Of a DNA stretch of 64,000 bases, positions 10,848 to 23,905 are shown in pieces. Source of the stretch: Harriotta raleighana (taxonomy: Eukaryota); the NCBI GenBank assembly GCA_050575255.1, contig JBNZDD010013721.1, positions 7,811,671-7,875,670 of the forward strand, in the 5' to 3' direction. The notes below the pieces were generated by a model, which saw nothing but the letters and a program-made list of their open reading frames with translations, made no database searches and was not told the DNA's origin. Each line of letters starts with the position of its first letter. Position 1 is the stretch's first letter. The translations under genes and the position numbers were made by a program.

Positions 10848-11266
10848 GTCTGCTTTACTCTGTTGGTAGCATTCTCTCTTCTGAGTTGAAAGGTTGTGGG
10901 TTCAAATCCCATACTGGGGCTTTCATTTGATAAAGTAGAGCAGTGTTGGCGGGGACCTGCACTGTTGGAATTGGCATCCTCCAGATGAGATATTAAATTA
11001 ATGTCCTGCCTTCCCATTAAAGTGGACTTTGATAATGATTCAATTGCACTATTCAAACACAGAAGGGATTTTCTCCAGGTGTCTTGGCCACAATCCCCCA
11101 GTTTAAATTGTTCATTCATTTTGTGGCTATTTGTGGGACATTGCCATCCACAAATTGGCTGCCATGTTGGCCCACACACACACTACACTTTACATTGTGA
11201 AGCAGTTTAAGTAATTCCAACCCTGTGATAAGGTGCTTTATTAAATGTAAGGATTATTATTGTTAT
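10848..11266 (+). mobile_element. Deu-domain SINE, full length
   Basis: tRNA-like head with gggttcaaatccc B box, Deu core gcactgttggaattggcatcctccagatgagatattaa...gcactattcaaacacagaagggatt, (ATT)n tail. Confidence 0.8.
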
Positions 11267-12437
11267 CTTACATGGATTTGAAATTGCTTTAGTCGTGGAT
11301 TTATCAGCATCTGAACTATGCTCACGTTTGGACTTGAAGATTGATACAAACTGGAAAATGGTTGTTGGTACAATGCCTTGGGATGTCCTCCTAACGTGAA
11401 ATGTGCAATACACATGTCATTTTATTCTTCCTGTTGTTGTTATTGTTACAAGATTGTCTGAAAACTGGATGAAGGGAGAAAGATTGTAGCATGTTATTTT
11501 TCATCAAGTTTTAGACTTTGAACAATATCAGGGAGGTGTTTTCATATTTATTGCAACATTGGTTTGTTCGACAGCATGTCAGGAAAGAGGCATTCTGATT
11601 GCTTAAGTGGTCTTCAATGATTCCGTTATAAAATGATTAAAATGCAAGTGAGATCTTGAATTCTTTATGGGCTCGCTACTTCAACTTCCTCACTCCCATT
11701 GTCTCTCTGATCTATCCATCTTTAACCTCCCACGCATCTCCAGTTAATTTCTTTTTGGTCTGTGTTTAGCATGTCCAAACAAGCTGAAGGCAAACTTCCT
11801 TATCTTGGGCGTTCCTCAACCTGTTGCTCTGAAGATTGCTTTCAACAACCTCACACCCATGTTGCCATTCAGTCTCCCAGGTGTATCATTATCTTTCCTG
11901 TGTGTCACTCATCCCTATGTCTTCCTCTTGCTTTTGTTTTGCTAATGGCTGCGTGTTTGAGGCCTGTCCAAGCTCACTTTTGTATCCTGCACTGCACTCT
12001 AACACCTTCTTCACTATCTTTTAATGACCCATTAGTTAGCCTTTTATGTATTTATTTTAATGTCTTTAGATGTCTTTGACTTAATGTGTTCATTGCTCTC
12101 TGCTCTTCCTTGTCTCCGCGCTAGGCTATTCAGGCAGTTCAGACCATAGGTCACACCCTAATGTTAACCTGCCTTTACTTGCTAATTCTATTCCTCCTCT
12201 CAGTGTTTATTTGCTCTTAATTCCAGTTTAATTACAGGAAACATTATATATTTCCCCAATTCCCCATTGCAAATTTCAAGAGAAACCTTTGCAAGATAAA
12301 TGTTAATTTTAACAGATTTAATCTACAAAAATATTTTCCTCCAAAATTGTTTGTCTGTCATTAGACAAGGTGAGAAGCTTTTTTAATGTAACAAAAGAGC
12401 TATATTGACAATCTATGGTCATAGAGACCATGAGTCT

Positions 12438-12615
12438 TATAATAACAACAATTTGACATTACATAGCCTTCTCCATGCAGGGCAGCATCTTAAAGTGCTC
12501 TGAGGAATGCTCACCCAAAAAATCAGTAGAGAGCTGGTGCTTGGTGTTGGATTGGGGATTGAGGAGGTCAGAGAAGTAGGGAGTTTACAGGGGGCAAAGC
12601 GATTTGAACATGAGT
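12438..12615 (-). mobile_element. L2 3' end fragment
   Basis: aacaacaatttgacattacatagcctt...cttaaagtgctc followed by a purine-rich 3'UTR complement, as at 3746 and 38604. Confidence 0.5.
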
Positions 12616-13491
12616 TATTGAGTCTATAGCTCAAAGAATCATTTGTTAGATTTTACTAACGTGCAGGTGAAAAACTTCCAATAACTGTCTGTAAACTTAT
12701 CACTCTTGCATTTGAATGATGATGAACATGTATGTCTCTATTTGGCTTCAGATACTACAGTACATTGTTCCCTCCTGTTCTAAGCAAGATAGTTAGATCT
12801 ATCTTGTTCAGATAGTTATTACTCGGATAACTGCGCCATCAGCTGCAGCGTTTCACCCACAAAATACACTTTACAGTATTAAAGTACAGAAGCACTTGGA
12901 GGCATTTAGTGATAAGGTATGGCACTAGATTGAATGCTTAGGACACTTCATGATACAGTCATAGTTCTGTGAGCTGCAGACTAGAGGTAAAATGAGAGGT
13001 CCATATCTCTCTCATTTCTGTGCTCAGCCGATTATTGTTCAATGCTATTGAAGAATCACACTCCTTATTAACACGAATAACCAGATGGATGGTCGATTGG
13101 ACCTATCATGATCTTTAAAACGTACAAACAATGAAGTGAGACTTTGCTTTACACGAGCTGCAGTCAGGTTGCTGTTGAACTCAGGTGCATATGAGTCCCA
13201 AGTGCTTTGTGAGTAGCTCCCTCTAATTTGCCTTGGACCACACACCTGAACTTGCAAATAGAGTTGCACTCCAGACATTGGTTCCCTGTAAAAATCACAT
13301 TGAACCTGCACAAGCCTTGAAGTACTGTATAAATGTCACCATAAATTGCTCCAATACTCTCCACCCTCATTGTAACACAGTCATGAGAAGCCAGGTATTG
13401 TACTGTTAGAAGTGATAATGAGTGGTTTGTTATAATGAATATGATATGAATATGATATACTGTAAATATCCTTTATCAAAGCTACCTCTTG

Positions 13492-13630
13492 TAATAATAC
13501 TTGCATTTGAGATAAGATGCATTTGCAGTCGGGGAGAACATCTCAAAGTGCTTCACAGAATGTGAGGTGACTGTGTGTCTGTGGGCAAATGCAACAGCCA
13601 ATTTGCAACGTGCTACAAACTGCCATGAAG
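13492..13630 (-). mobile_element. SINE 3' half
   Basis: taataatacttgcatttgaga...catctcaaagtgcttcacagaa...gcaacagccaatttgca. Confidence 0.7.
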
Positions 13631-14774
13631 ATAATTGCTTGCTTTGCACATTTAACCAACAAAATACCTTAACATTTCTCTTAAACAAACAGTTCTTTGT
13701 AAATAGTAGCAGACATTAGAAAAACATACAGACAATTTACCTTTAAAAAAATATTTAATCATGGCCTTAACCTGATGGCATTCCTTTTTCAGCTTTGAAG
13801 TGCAATGCTTTGAGTTCTGTGATTGTAAACTAAGTGTCCTAGGAATCTGTGAAGACTAAAGTGTGTTTTGAAAAAGGCCATGCGTTTGTAATATCATATA
13901 TAAAATTATTTTTTAAAAGTCTTAACATTTGCTTTGTTCCAAATGTTGGAGGCCAGCGCATCAATAATTGGAGCCGGGTCATATATTTCTGCTGATTTTC
14001 TGAAAGCTTCATTGAGTACTTGGGTAGATCACACATACTAGAGCTTGTATTCTTTTTAAAACAGGATTTCTTTTGCATTCCTCAGAGCAAAAGAGATGTG
14101 ACATAAACGGAAGAGAACAACATTTGGCTGAGTGTTTTCTTAAGCCCATTGTGAGTTCACAAGAGAAGAAAGGCAGCTTTCTGTGCACAGCCAATTATGT
14201 ATAGTTTATGTTGCCCAGATTGTATTTTATGGCAGCTGAACTGATTAAGGTAAGGAGCACCCGGTAGAAACACAAAATGCTGCTTCCTTCTCAGTCCTAC
14301 ATTGTGTACATAGTTGGTCAGTGCTGTGACAACCTTGAACCATTTGATTTGATTCCACTTCCCTGCCCAGAGCATCTTGTCCGTATGGTATCATTAATCA
14401 GCCCTTTCAACTCTGTTTCCAAAAGTACCATTTTATTTGTGTGTGCTGCAGAGAACGATGACCAGAGAGCATTAACTAAGGAGGCCGTTTCCTCTCTCTC
14501 CACCCGATCTTCCATCGCCCCCCCCCCCCATCTCCCCAACACCTCTCCCACTACCCCGCCACTAGTCTCTGAGTGTGGTTTTTTTTAAACCAAAATATTG
14601 CCTTTAATTGACAGACTCTTATTCCCTTCTGGGCATGGGGGCCTTTTTGAAGATAAACAACAGCCCATTGTGCACGGATTGTGTTGTGCTAACCGGGATC
14701 TGGTTTTATTTATATCAACACACGTGCTACATATATATATATGCTCCACAAAAGCATTAAAACCATTTTTTTCA

Positions 14775-14900
14775 AAAATCTGGTCACTCAATCACATGGC
14801 TGTTTGTCAGTGTGCAATTAATGTGTGCAAATTGGCTGTCGCGTACGCCCCCAACAAAAAAGTACACGCAGTCACTCTTCAGTCTATCCTGTCAAGCAAA
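14775..14900 (+). mobile_element. SINE internal/3' fragment
   Basis: ggtcactcaatcacatggctgtttgt...tgtgtgcaaattggctgtcgcgt. Confidence 0.6.
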
Positions 14901-15287
14901 TTGGCACATATATATCAACTGTAAGGGTTAGGGTGGTAGCGCAACCTACATAATTACGGTCAACTTCTTTTATTCAGGAAAACCTCTTGAAAATTGCATT
15001 GGCGCTCCAGATAATCGTCGTAAAATTCAGTTTTCTGTTGATACAAAAAAAACGTAATAAAATAAGTGTCATGACATTTATGATATGTTGTTGGGGCTGT
15101 GTCTGATCTGGCTTCTGATGGCAATGTTTTATTTGACTCCTTCCTTCAGCAGTGACAATCAAATAAAAGTTAATTAAGTGGTAACTTCCATTTGTCAGGA
15201 GCGTGTGAAGCAGTAAAAGTCCTTGCGCTGAGTAAATGCCAAGAGAGGAGGTTGAGTGGTCCAATTGAAGTTCAAATGCTTTCCTGT

Positions 15288-15350
15288 CGTAGAACAATAG
15301 AACTTTACAGCACGGAAGAAGGCCATCCAGCTCATCATATCTGCCTAAAA
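15288..15350 (-). mobile_element. CR1 3' tail fragment
   Basis: tagaactttacagcacggaagaaggccatccagctcatc, homologous to the 4106 and 52301 tails. Confidence 0.55.
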
Positions 15351-15858
15351 GAGCAATCCATTGATTACCACTTAGTAGCACAGTATTAGCCTATATTGTA
15401 CTGCAAACACTGGTAAAAAGAAAATTATAACTTGGACCCTCACCCTGACATTTGTTTTTAAACTACAGAGGTTATTATGTTGTAATAGTCTCACCACAAT
15501 TTCATTAATAACAACTGTAACTCACGCTAACAGTGAACTCCTGGTGACTTGAGCCTGACTTAACTTGTCACGGCTGCTTAAGGCATGATGCTGTCAATAT
15601 CCCGTCAGCATTTATCTATGAACTGATACATAGGCCTAGCTCACCACTGTGGATAGCTCGTCACTGAGCCCTTTTCCCTTGGAGTGATGAGTTATCAGGA
15701 GTTTACTGTTCCCGGCGACTTTTGGAACCCAACAAAACAGGAGGAGGAGGGAGATTCAACCCGGTTTATTGGACCTTGGCAGATTTCAAAATCCCGTCTT
15801 CCCGCCTTTCCACAATATTGGTTAACACCTGTACTCCACAAGCCTCTTTCACATACAA

Positions 15859-15910
15859 CAATGGTAGCCAACACGTGGCCTGCTGGCCAGATCTGGCCTG
15901 CCGAACACTC
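15859..15910 (+). mobile_element. Solo end of a hAT (Charlie-like) non-autonomous DNA transposon
   Basis: caatggtagccaacacgtggcctgctggccagatctggcctgcc resembles the hAT-Charlie terminal CAGGGGTCGGCAAAC..GGCCCGCGGGCCAAATCCGGCCCGC after CpG decay. Confidence 0.5.
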
Positions 15911-16569
15911 ACACGAGTCGAGGTGAGTTTGTTTCAAATCAGCGTTTTATTTCCAGTAATAAACAGGTAGCGATATTTATGGCATGGCCATAAATGAAGA
16001 AATATTCCATCAATAAAATTTATTTTGTTGGCCAACTAAAAAGGTTGGGAGGATGTCTCGAAGAACTTTACAGAGACTGAATGAGAGCCCAAGCAGAGTG
16101 GGACTTAGGGGAATAGATAAGTTAGAAAAGTGAACATTTTGCTTATACTTTCTAAAGCAAACAGGTTATTAATTCCCTCTCTGCTGACTGCTTTGCATCT
16201 ATTAATGGCTACTGTTGACCAGATTAGGCTGTATTCAATATGTGGGCCAGGGTTCTTGTTGCAGATGAGAGCCATTTGGTCAGTTAAAGCGAATTTGAAT
16301 GGAAAGATATGCAATATCTAAGATTTACACTTATGATCTTACAAGCAACATTCTGGACAATTACGGATAAGAATTATATACTTGTGGTGAGATATTGCTT
16401 TGCAGTATTGCATCACTGAAGGATGAGGTACGACTGCAGTATAATCTTAGATAAATTGTTCTTTACCGTTCATTAAACTGATAAGGTGCCGAACCGGTTT
16501 GAGATTTTGGTGCCTCTTAATCACTATAAATGATGCCTTTAAGAGAAGCTCTGTGACTCGTAGATAAAA

Positions 16570-16890
16570 CAGTCAAGTGGATAAAGGTTCCTCGCAGTGC
16601 AGCATTGGGGCATATAGGGCCGGAGAGCACAGGTTTGCATCCCTATTTGCCGAGTTAGCCAAGGCAGGTGTTGACCAGAACAACCACTGGTCGAGGGAGG
16701 GGAGGGAAATAAAACGGACCCGCTTCTGATCGTAATGCAGAGACCCTGCTGAGAGGTGAGCTCGTGTAAGGGATTGAATAAGAAAACTTTGGATCAGGCT
16801 CACGACAATCCCACCAACACATACCGCCAAGGCTCACAAGTGAAGTATAGGCAGTTTGGCCGGCATACCAGAGGACGCCCCACATCCATT
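16570..16890 (+). mobile_element. AmnSINE2-like ancient SINE
   Basis: gccgagttagcc...agggagggga...cccgcttctgatcg...ccctgctg...aggctcaca.gtgaag...taccagagg. Colinear with the recalled AmnSINE2-type consensus and with copies at 51470 and 55900. Confidence 0.6.
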
Positions 16891-17521
16891 TTTGATTGCC
16901 AGGCGCTTTACAAAACTGCTACCAGCCGCCATCCCTTTATCACGGAGCAGAATAGAGGCAATAGAGAGACTTAGCCATGTTACAGATTTATTTCCTATTT
17001 GTGTGGCACCGTTGCCCACTGTTACAAAGGCTGTCAGTGGGACAAACTGGCTTTGTCCACAGTCTAGTCACAATCTATTATCGACGGTGACAAAAATTAT
17101 GCCCAAAGACAATGACCCTCAGATAGATTGGGGTTCACGATGTCATAACAACCCTTGCAGTTGTTGTAGTGCCTTTCACATCTGGGTTGACCTCTCAAAG
17201 CGTTCCCAGGTTTGTTTTTTTACTGTAACGTCTGGTGAATATCGACATCCAGGCCAACACGTCAACAAATCTGTGCACAAGAATTTGGCCATGAGAAATA
17301 TCCATACCCTTGGTGTTTCATGGCGCTGTGATTATATTTGTAAATGGGTTATTGTAGGTTGGAGCTTGGGAATTTGTGGTAAATGTCACACTTTTTATGA
17401 GATTGCAGTAAACATGCTTTATTATTATTAAAATTGCAATTCAGTACTTTGACTCGATTTTTAAAGGCTGTATGGTAATTGCTCCAGCCCTGAAATATTT
17501 TAATGGCCTACAAGGTATTAA

Positions 17522-17775
17522 TGATGAGATGTTGAACTGAGGTCCCAATTGCCTGTCAGGTGGATCCCGTGGCACTACTAATAGGAGGCCATTTGGCCCA
17601 TCACGTCTGTGCCAGTTCTTTGAAAAGTGCTATTCAAATCAAGCACACTCCTCCGCACATCCCCATAGCCCTGCAAACTTCTCCTCCCCAAATCATCCAC
17701 TTCGCTCACTGCTCAAAAAGAGAAGGACCCAGAGTTCCTGGCTATGTCGATCGTGGGACATTGTTGTGCATGTTT
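17522..17775 (+). mobile_element. Deu-domain SINE fragment interrupted by a minus-strand CR1 tail (17582-17700)
   Basis: atgagatgttgaactgaggtccc...caggtggatcccgtggcactact | ggaggccatttggcccatc...ccccatagccctgcaaac | aaaaagagaagg...cctggc...gtgggacattgttgtgca. Confidence 0.7.
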
Positions 17776-18419
17776 GGGTTGCTCTTTTCACCATTTACTT
17801 TCGGCAGCCAACAGTCTGCATCGGAACAAGAGGAAAATAAACTTGTGCTTGCTCTCACTCACCTGCAACGTCCGTGCCCAGGCCCTCTTCAAATCCACTT
17901 ACTCACTAAGGGGAAAAATTAAGCAGCAACAGTGCTGTGGCATCTGGATTAGCCCCCTCACAACTGCCTGTGTACTTCCCTTTGGCATTAATTGTTCTGC
18001 ACAAAAAAAAAGCAAAGAAGTGGATTCCAAAAGCGTTGACCTTTTTATTTTCATGCAGAGGAGCCTAGTGCTTTATGTTCTCCTTCATAAAGAGCTATTG
18101 ATTTTTGAAGAGTATGTCTTTGTTACTTCCAGATGAAGCAGAGATCTGATAAGCCAAATCGGCAGTGCGCACATTCAATCTTCACATGTCATAGATGTAT
18201 GGGAGAATTGGATAGCATTTTAAATCAAAATAATCCATTAGAAATTACCTGAAGTTATCGATGAGTGTGCTGCAACAGTTAAAAATGTGCATTTTAGTAA
18301 ACTGTGGTGCAGTTCGGGTAATTTTAAAATTCAGATATTATTATAAATTCAAATTTATAGACAATATGAATTGTAACTTATAATAATATTAACAATCCTT
18401 ACAAGTTGATGTGCCTAAA

Positions 18420-18670
18420 TTCTGTAAACTGCTTTGAGACTTCTAGAAGATGTGAAACAGCATTATATCAAGTGGAAGGATTATTCTTATTAATATGATG
18501 TTGATTATAACTGTTTTCAAATCGGGAGGGTGTCTCGAAGCTAAAATAATAATAATAAATAATCCTTGCATTTCATTTACTGCCTTATCTTATCGTCTTC
18601 AAGATGTCTCAAAGTGCTTCACAGAATATTCTGGAAAGTGAATTGACTGGATAAGTTGTGGGCGAAATAT
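18420..18670. mobile_element. Tail-to-tail pair of SINE 3' fragments (+18420-18495, -18545-18670)
   Basis: gctttgagacttctagaagatgtgaa...ggattatt, then aataatccttgcattt...gatgtctcaaagtgcttcacagaata. Confidence 0.7.
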
Positions 18671-19489
18671 CCGCTTAACTTTGTTACTCATTATACCAAT
18701 CTTTTCATTCCATCTTTCCAACGTGAAATGCGGTTAGAAAGATGTGACAAAATAACTGCTATTTGTAGTGTGCCAAGTATGATGGATTTCACTGTACCGG
18801 GAAGAGGACAAGCGTTATATATTCTTCATCTTCTATAAGGATGCTGGTTATTCAGAAACAATTTTTAATAATAAGGAATGAGAAAGTGGACGATCAAATG
18901 AGGGGAAAAAAACACGAATTTAAATTATCTGCAGTGATATTTCTCGATGCAAACGTTTTACCATAGTCTTGAAATAGTTAAAAGTTGAAAACAGGCATCG
19001 CTCTAGTTATACCCCTCCAGTGTTGCTCATTGATTTGCTAGGGTCAACATGCTGAGCTGCTGATGATTTCTTCCACTCTGTGTCCTGTGACAGCAGCAAG
19101 CATTCCTGGGTCCGATACAGATAGAGGATTGTGCTTCCCACATGACTCTGACACTGTCTAAACCTCCAACCTCTGAACTACACCTCATGCACCAGCTTGA
19201 GTTTGCCATTGCTTATATTGCCTGTTCGTCCAGCCTCTTCGAGTCAGATTGCTGAATTAGAGTTTCAAGCAGCGTTCATGCTAATCACAGTGTAGGTCAT
19301 TACCCAGAACAATTTGAAGTCAAATATTGTATGTCGTTGGTGAATGTCTGCAGTGTCATTCTTACTGAAGTTGTTTTGATTTGAGCGCTACTTTTTCCCC
19401 TACAAGTCATTCACACCTCCTTGCTAGCTCTCCTGTCTTGAATGTAGATACAAGTCTGTTTGACATCCTCACGCCAGGTTCTTGGTGGA

Positions 19490-19885
19490 ATAATAATACT
19501 AATACTGCTTCTACTACTATTAATAATAATCATTCTTGCATCTGATGAAGCACCTTATTTAGGTTGTCGAGACATCTCAAAGTATTTCCCAGGGCTTTGA
19601 CTATGAAGTGTAGTGACCGTGTATTTGTAAGCACCAATACTGCCAATGAAGTGAGCGACCAATTCTATTTGGGGAATCGTCAGCCACAACAGCGGGCGAA
19701 ACTCCCTTCTCATTTTGAATAATGCTACAGGATTTTAACATCCACCAGAAAAGGTAGACGGAGGCTCTTCCTTTAATGTTTCATCTTTCAACAACACAGG
19801 TCCCAACTACCCAGCACTGCGTTGTTTACAGATAACAAGCCCGCTCTTCTTAACCTCAATACTGGAGGCGAGGAAGCACTACTGA
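19490..19885 (-). mobile_element. Deu-domain SINE, old
   Basis: (aat)n tail, gacatctcaaagta, aaactcccttctcattttgaataatgctacaggattttaacatccacc (reverse complement of the Deu core). Confidence 0.7.
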
Positions 19886-21601
19886 TTTCTGTTAGAGCGT
19901 TGCACCAATTTATGAATATTAATTATTTAGGCGTGCACTTTACTGCAATTACTTTTTAATTATTCCTTCAAACCTAATGAACACCGTTTCTCAACAGGCG
20001 AATCTTGAGGGAAAACAGGTACGCATATTTTTCTTTGAACGAAAGACACCCTTTACTTTATTTCTCTGGGAAATGTTGATGTGCTAAACAAGTTCTCCTT
20101 TAGTGTGCTGAATAAAGAGGACATCGATGCGAGGATTTGTGTCACATTTAGGAACCTGAAAGAAGAAGCACACTGCACTCATTCCGTCCTATTTCCCGTT
20201 TACCTTTGTGCACCGAGCTAACGCCAGTATTCAATCTGAACGGAAAAAAAGCTAGGTGGGTTTGAAGAAATGCCAGGTGCTATTGATTTTGCTTTTAATA
20301 AATTGGAATAATGTTCGAGGATAAAGTTATAGCTTGATTTTCTAAAAACTTTTCAAAATGATTTCCTGATGATGTTACTGAGGCAATTGGAGGAATGTTT
20401 GCAATATTTGTTTTAGTGTTTCTGCCTCTATGAGTTATTTCTTGTAGATGTAGATAATGACATTATAAATCTTACTCTCAGGCAATTACTAAATGCTGGC
20501 ACAGCCTATTCCCCACTGGGTGATAGTTTCAGCCAGTCTACATATTACTGCTACACTTGCCTTGGTCATTAAGAACTAATCTTGGATTTATGGCAAGTCC
20601 TTAAAGTTCACAGCACTTTAATAATAAAAAGCAGAAAAAAAATAGCAGGCAGGTGGTTACAAAAGGATATAACAATGAGCATCATTCCTGGTTCCAGCGG
20701 GACGAGCTGTAATATGTTTAGAAAATTGTCGCACATGAATCTAAAGACCTATTTTACAACGCTTCAAGAGTAAATTTGAATTGACTTTAGCCAAATTACT
20801 TGACTTTCGCTCTGATGCTCTTCCTTTTGCTAGGTGGTAGTGAGAATTTTTTAGAATAAGCGGGTGTGTGGTGGGTGAGAGGGATGGAGCGGAGAAAGGT
20901 TAAATCTAATAACACATTGAGTGTACATGTTTCACTGTATCCCATGCAATGCACCTAAGTACAATGCATTTTAAAACATAAATCTGTTCTGTGTAGGGTG
21001 CCTCTGTGTGCATGGTAGATTAGTGGCTAACTGAAGAGAAACAATTATTCCTGGTAACACAGGTTTAATTCAGTCGTAATCTGAATTAGTCTGGACTGCA
21101 GCATTCAGACGTTGCAGTTTAACATAAATGATTCATTCTGATTTAATCTAAATAATATCTGTCCCTGTAAATGACGATGAAAGGAACACTCTAAGACTGC
21201 CTTTCAAAGGATGCGTGTCAGCATTTATTGATGCACAAAGATTAAGATTGCACACAAGGAGAATAGATCTGCAAATTGCCTGATGCCAGGATTAAAAGTC
21301 ATTCTCCTGAAAAGAATCCTGTGACGGATTATATGGGGTGATTTTTTAAATGATCAGAAATTGGACTTTTATCTTGCCTTTCCCTTAATGGTAATATTAA
21401 TCAGTTTGTGATGTAGAGAGCAGTTGGATGCTAGCAATTTTCCTGTTAACTCAGGCCATAGCTCCGAGTGGCTTCCGGATGAGGTCAGTTGCCTGAAAAA
21501 AACTTTGGAAATGTATCATTTGGATGGGCTTGGTCAATTCTCAGTAACGTTCAACCCTTGAGATGTCAGAGATTGTTTCTGTTCATCATACGAATAATAC
21601 T

Positions 21602-21890
21602 GTGGAGTACTGTAGCTCAGTGGTTAGCACATGCACCTCACAAGTGAGAGACCCGGGTTCAATTCCAGACTGGGTGAAACCTTGGGCAGATTTCCTTACT
21701 TCACACACCTAATAATAATCCCTCAAAACAAATAATAAATTGGACATTTCAATCTATGACTGTTTGTGGGTCATTACTGTGCACAATTGGCTGCCGCGTT
21801 TCCCCCACATGTATACAGTCAATTCACTTTACAGTATATTCCGTGAAGTACTTTGAGACATCTAGAAGATGTGAAAAACACTATATCAAA
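21602..21890 (+). mobile_element. tRNA-derived SINE, short form, with intact A and B boxes
   Basis: A box tagctcagtgg (21613-21623), B box gttcaattcc (21657-21666). The tail is followed directly by an inverted tail fragment to about 21930. Confidence 0.9.
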
Positions 21891-23714
21891 ATGCTTCACA
21901 GGATGTACTGTAAAGTGTGTATTTTGTGAGTGAAGTGTTCACATTTTACTCACACATGCACATTATAATCCTAATTCTGCGATTATGGAATTGTCCAATA
22001 GAATTATATTCTCTAATTTAGAGCAGCATCATATAAAGTTATCTGGAATCAACTGAGGAGTTTTGGATTCTCTGCCAACCACCTGATTAAGATAAGAAAA
22101 CTGCAACTACTGGTACGTTTCTGTAATTGTATTCGATGACATTCATCAACAGAAAAGTTCAGAATGATGATGTTATGAAGAATATAAAAAGCGAACTTTG
22201 ATTTTAATATGAGCTGAGATTGAGCACTGACTGAATCAAAGACAATTGCCTGGGACAGTAACAATACTTCAATTTTTCTATACTCCAGAATAATTATTAG
22301 AGAAGGCAATGAGATATGTTTTCATGTCATCCTTGATAACACTGATTCCCAGCTTGCTTGTTGACAGACAAGAATCTCCTTTAGAGTGCGCATTATACAG
22401 GGATTATTGCTTGTGAGGAAGATATTCTGTGCATTAAAAAAAAGTCAATTGGCAATGGAAATTAAAAGACACACCACAAGTGCAATATTTACCCACACTA
22501 ATAAATAGCTTCACCTGGGTCACCATGAAGGGTGGTTGAAGCCAGGACCATGGACACATTTAAAAAGTGGCTTAATGCTATGATGGAATACACTTGATTA
22601 TACTTGGTCTGTTTGGATCCAGACCTGTCTACCTCAGTAACTAAGCCAGTGTGGGTGACTTCAAAAGGGTAGAGTGACTAGAAATGGAACATCTGAAGCA
22701 CTTTTTACATTCAACTCTTCTTAATTTATTAACATTCGGCATTTGCTTTGCTGGTTACATCTCTCCAGATCATACCTGTTACCATGTTAACAGCACAGGT
22801 TAGAATGCAACAACTTGCAGATTGAATAATCCTGTTAAAATGACTGCAAGTTTCTTAGCATAAAAATGGGAAACAATTTATTGGCAATGGGCAAGTCAAT
22901 GGCAAAACAAATTGGAACAAGAAGTTATCAGTAATATTTCACCGTGAAAAAGTAAGAAATGTTTCCAGTATTCCCAAATGTAGTTTGTTCACAGAACAGG
23001 AATGCGTCACAAAGGTGAATCATTTCATAGTGGGATCTTCCCATGTTTCTGTAAAGCATGTCACAAACAAATGCACCTTTACCAGTGGGATATTGTACTA
23101 TTTACATAGGCGTTGTTGGGCTTGGTTTAATTCTTGACAGACCCTGCAGGAGGTGCTGACTGTTAAGTGATAATTTATGTGTGTGTTATTCTTGTTTTCA
23201 GTTTCCCCACTGGCAATAAGTCACACCACTGCAATTACCAGCAATGCCCAAAGAATGAAAAGTGTTGCGCTACACAGTAACTCCTAAAGACATAATGTCA
23301 TTGCTGAGGATTCAATCGAACATTTTTTATTTGTTCAATTTCATCACCCACCAGTGAAATCGGTGAAGAAATGAACAGGAAGAAGATTCCTGGGAACTCT
23401 TTTTTTAACATGATATTATTTTCTGGGTAGATCCTTGAATTTTACTGCAACCAGACCATATTCTCCATATGTGCATGAAACCATTGATGTAAAATACAGC
23501 AATAATGATAATCCTTTCATTTGATCGAGGACCTTTCACATCAGGAGGACATCTCAAAGTGCTCCACAGGACATAACATATAAGTGTATAAATGAGCTGG
23601 CATTGGTTCTGTTCATCACTGAAACCAAAGCTCTTATGCGTAGCTACACAGATACAGTAAAACTTATCAGTGCTTCAATTATCATTAAGTGGATCAACTG
23701 TGTGTTTTATAAGT

Positions 23715-23905
23715 GAAATGCTATGGTACTATTTGAAAATAGAAGGGAGTTTCTCCTAGTGTCCTGGCTAATAATCCAGATTGGAAAAACGTAATTGGCT
23801 GCCGTGTGTACCCACAGATATATGTCACGACAATATCTAGAAAACTGAAATTCTTTGAGATGTTTTGACTTGATAAGGTAATTATTATTATGATGATTAT
23901 TATTA
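23715..23905 (+). mobile_element. Deu-domain SINE 3' half
   Basis: atggtactatttgaaaatagaagggagtttctcctagtgtcctggc...aattggctgccgtgt...(att)n. Confidence 0.65.

Noticed and set aside
16856-17431. 191-aa ORF
   Set aside because: Non-ATG start inside a SINE relic, no recognisable domain and no splice support.
19030-19230. LF-SINE-like relic on the minus strand
   Set aside because: Only a patchy match of about 30 bp to the recalled consensus.
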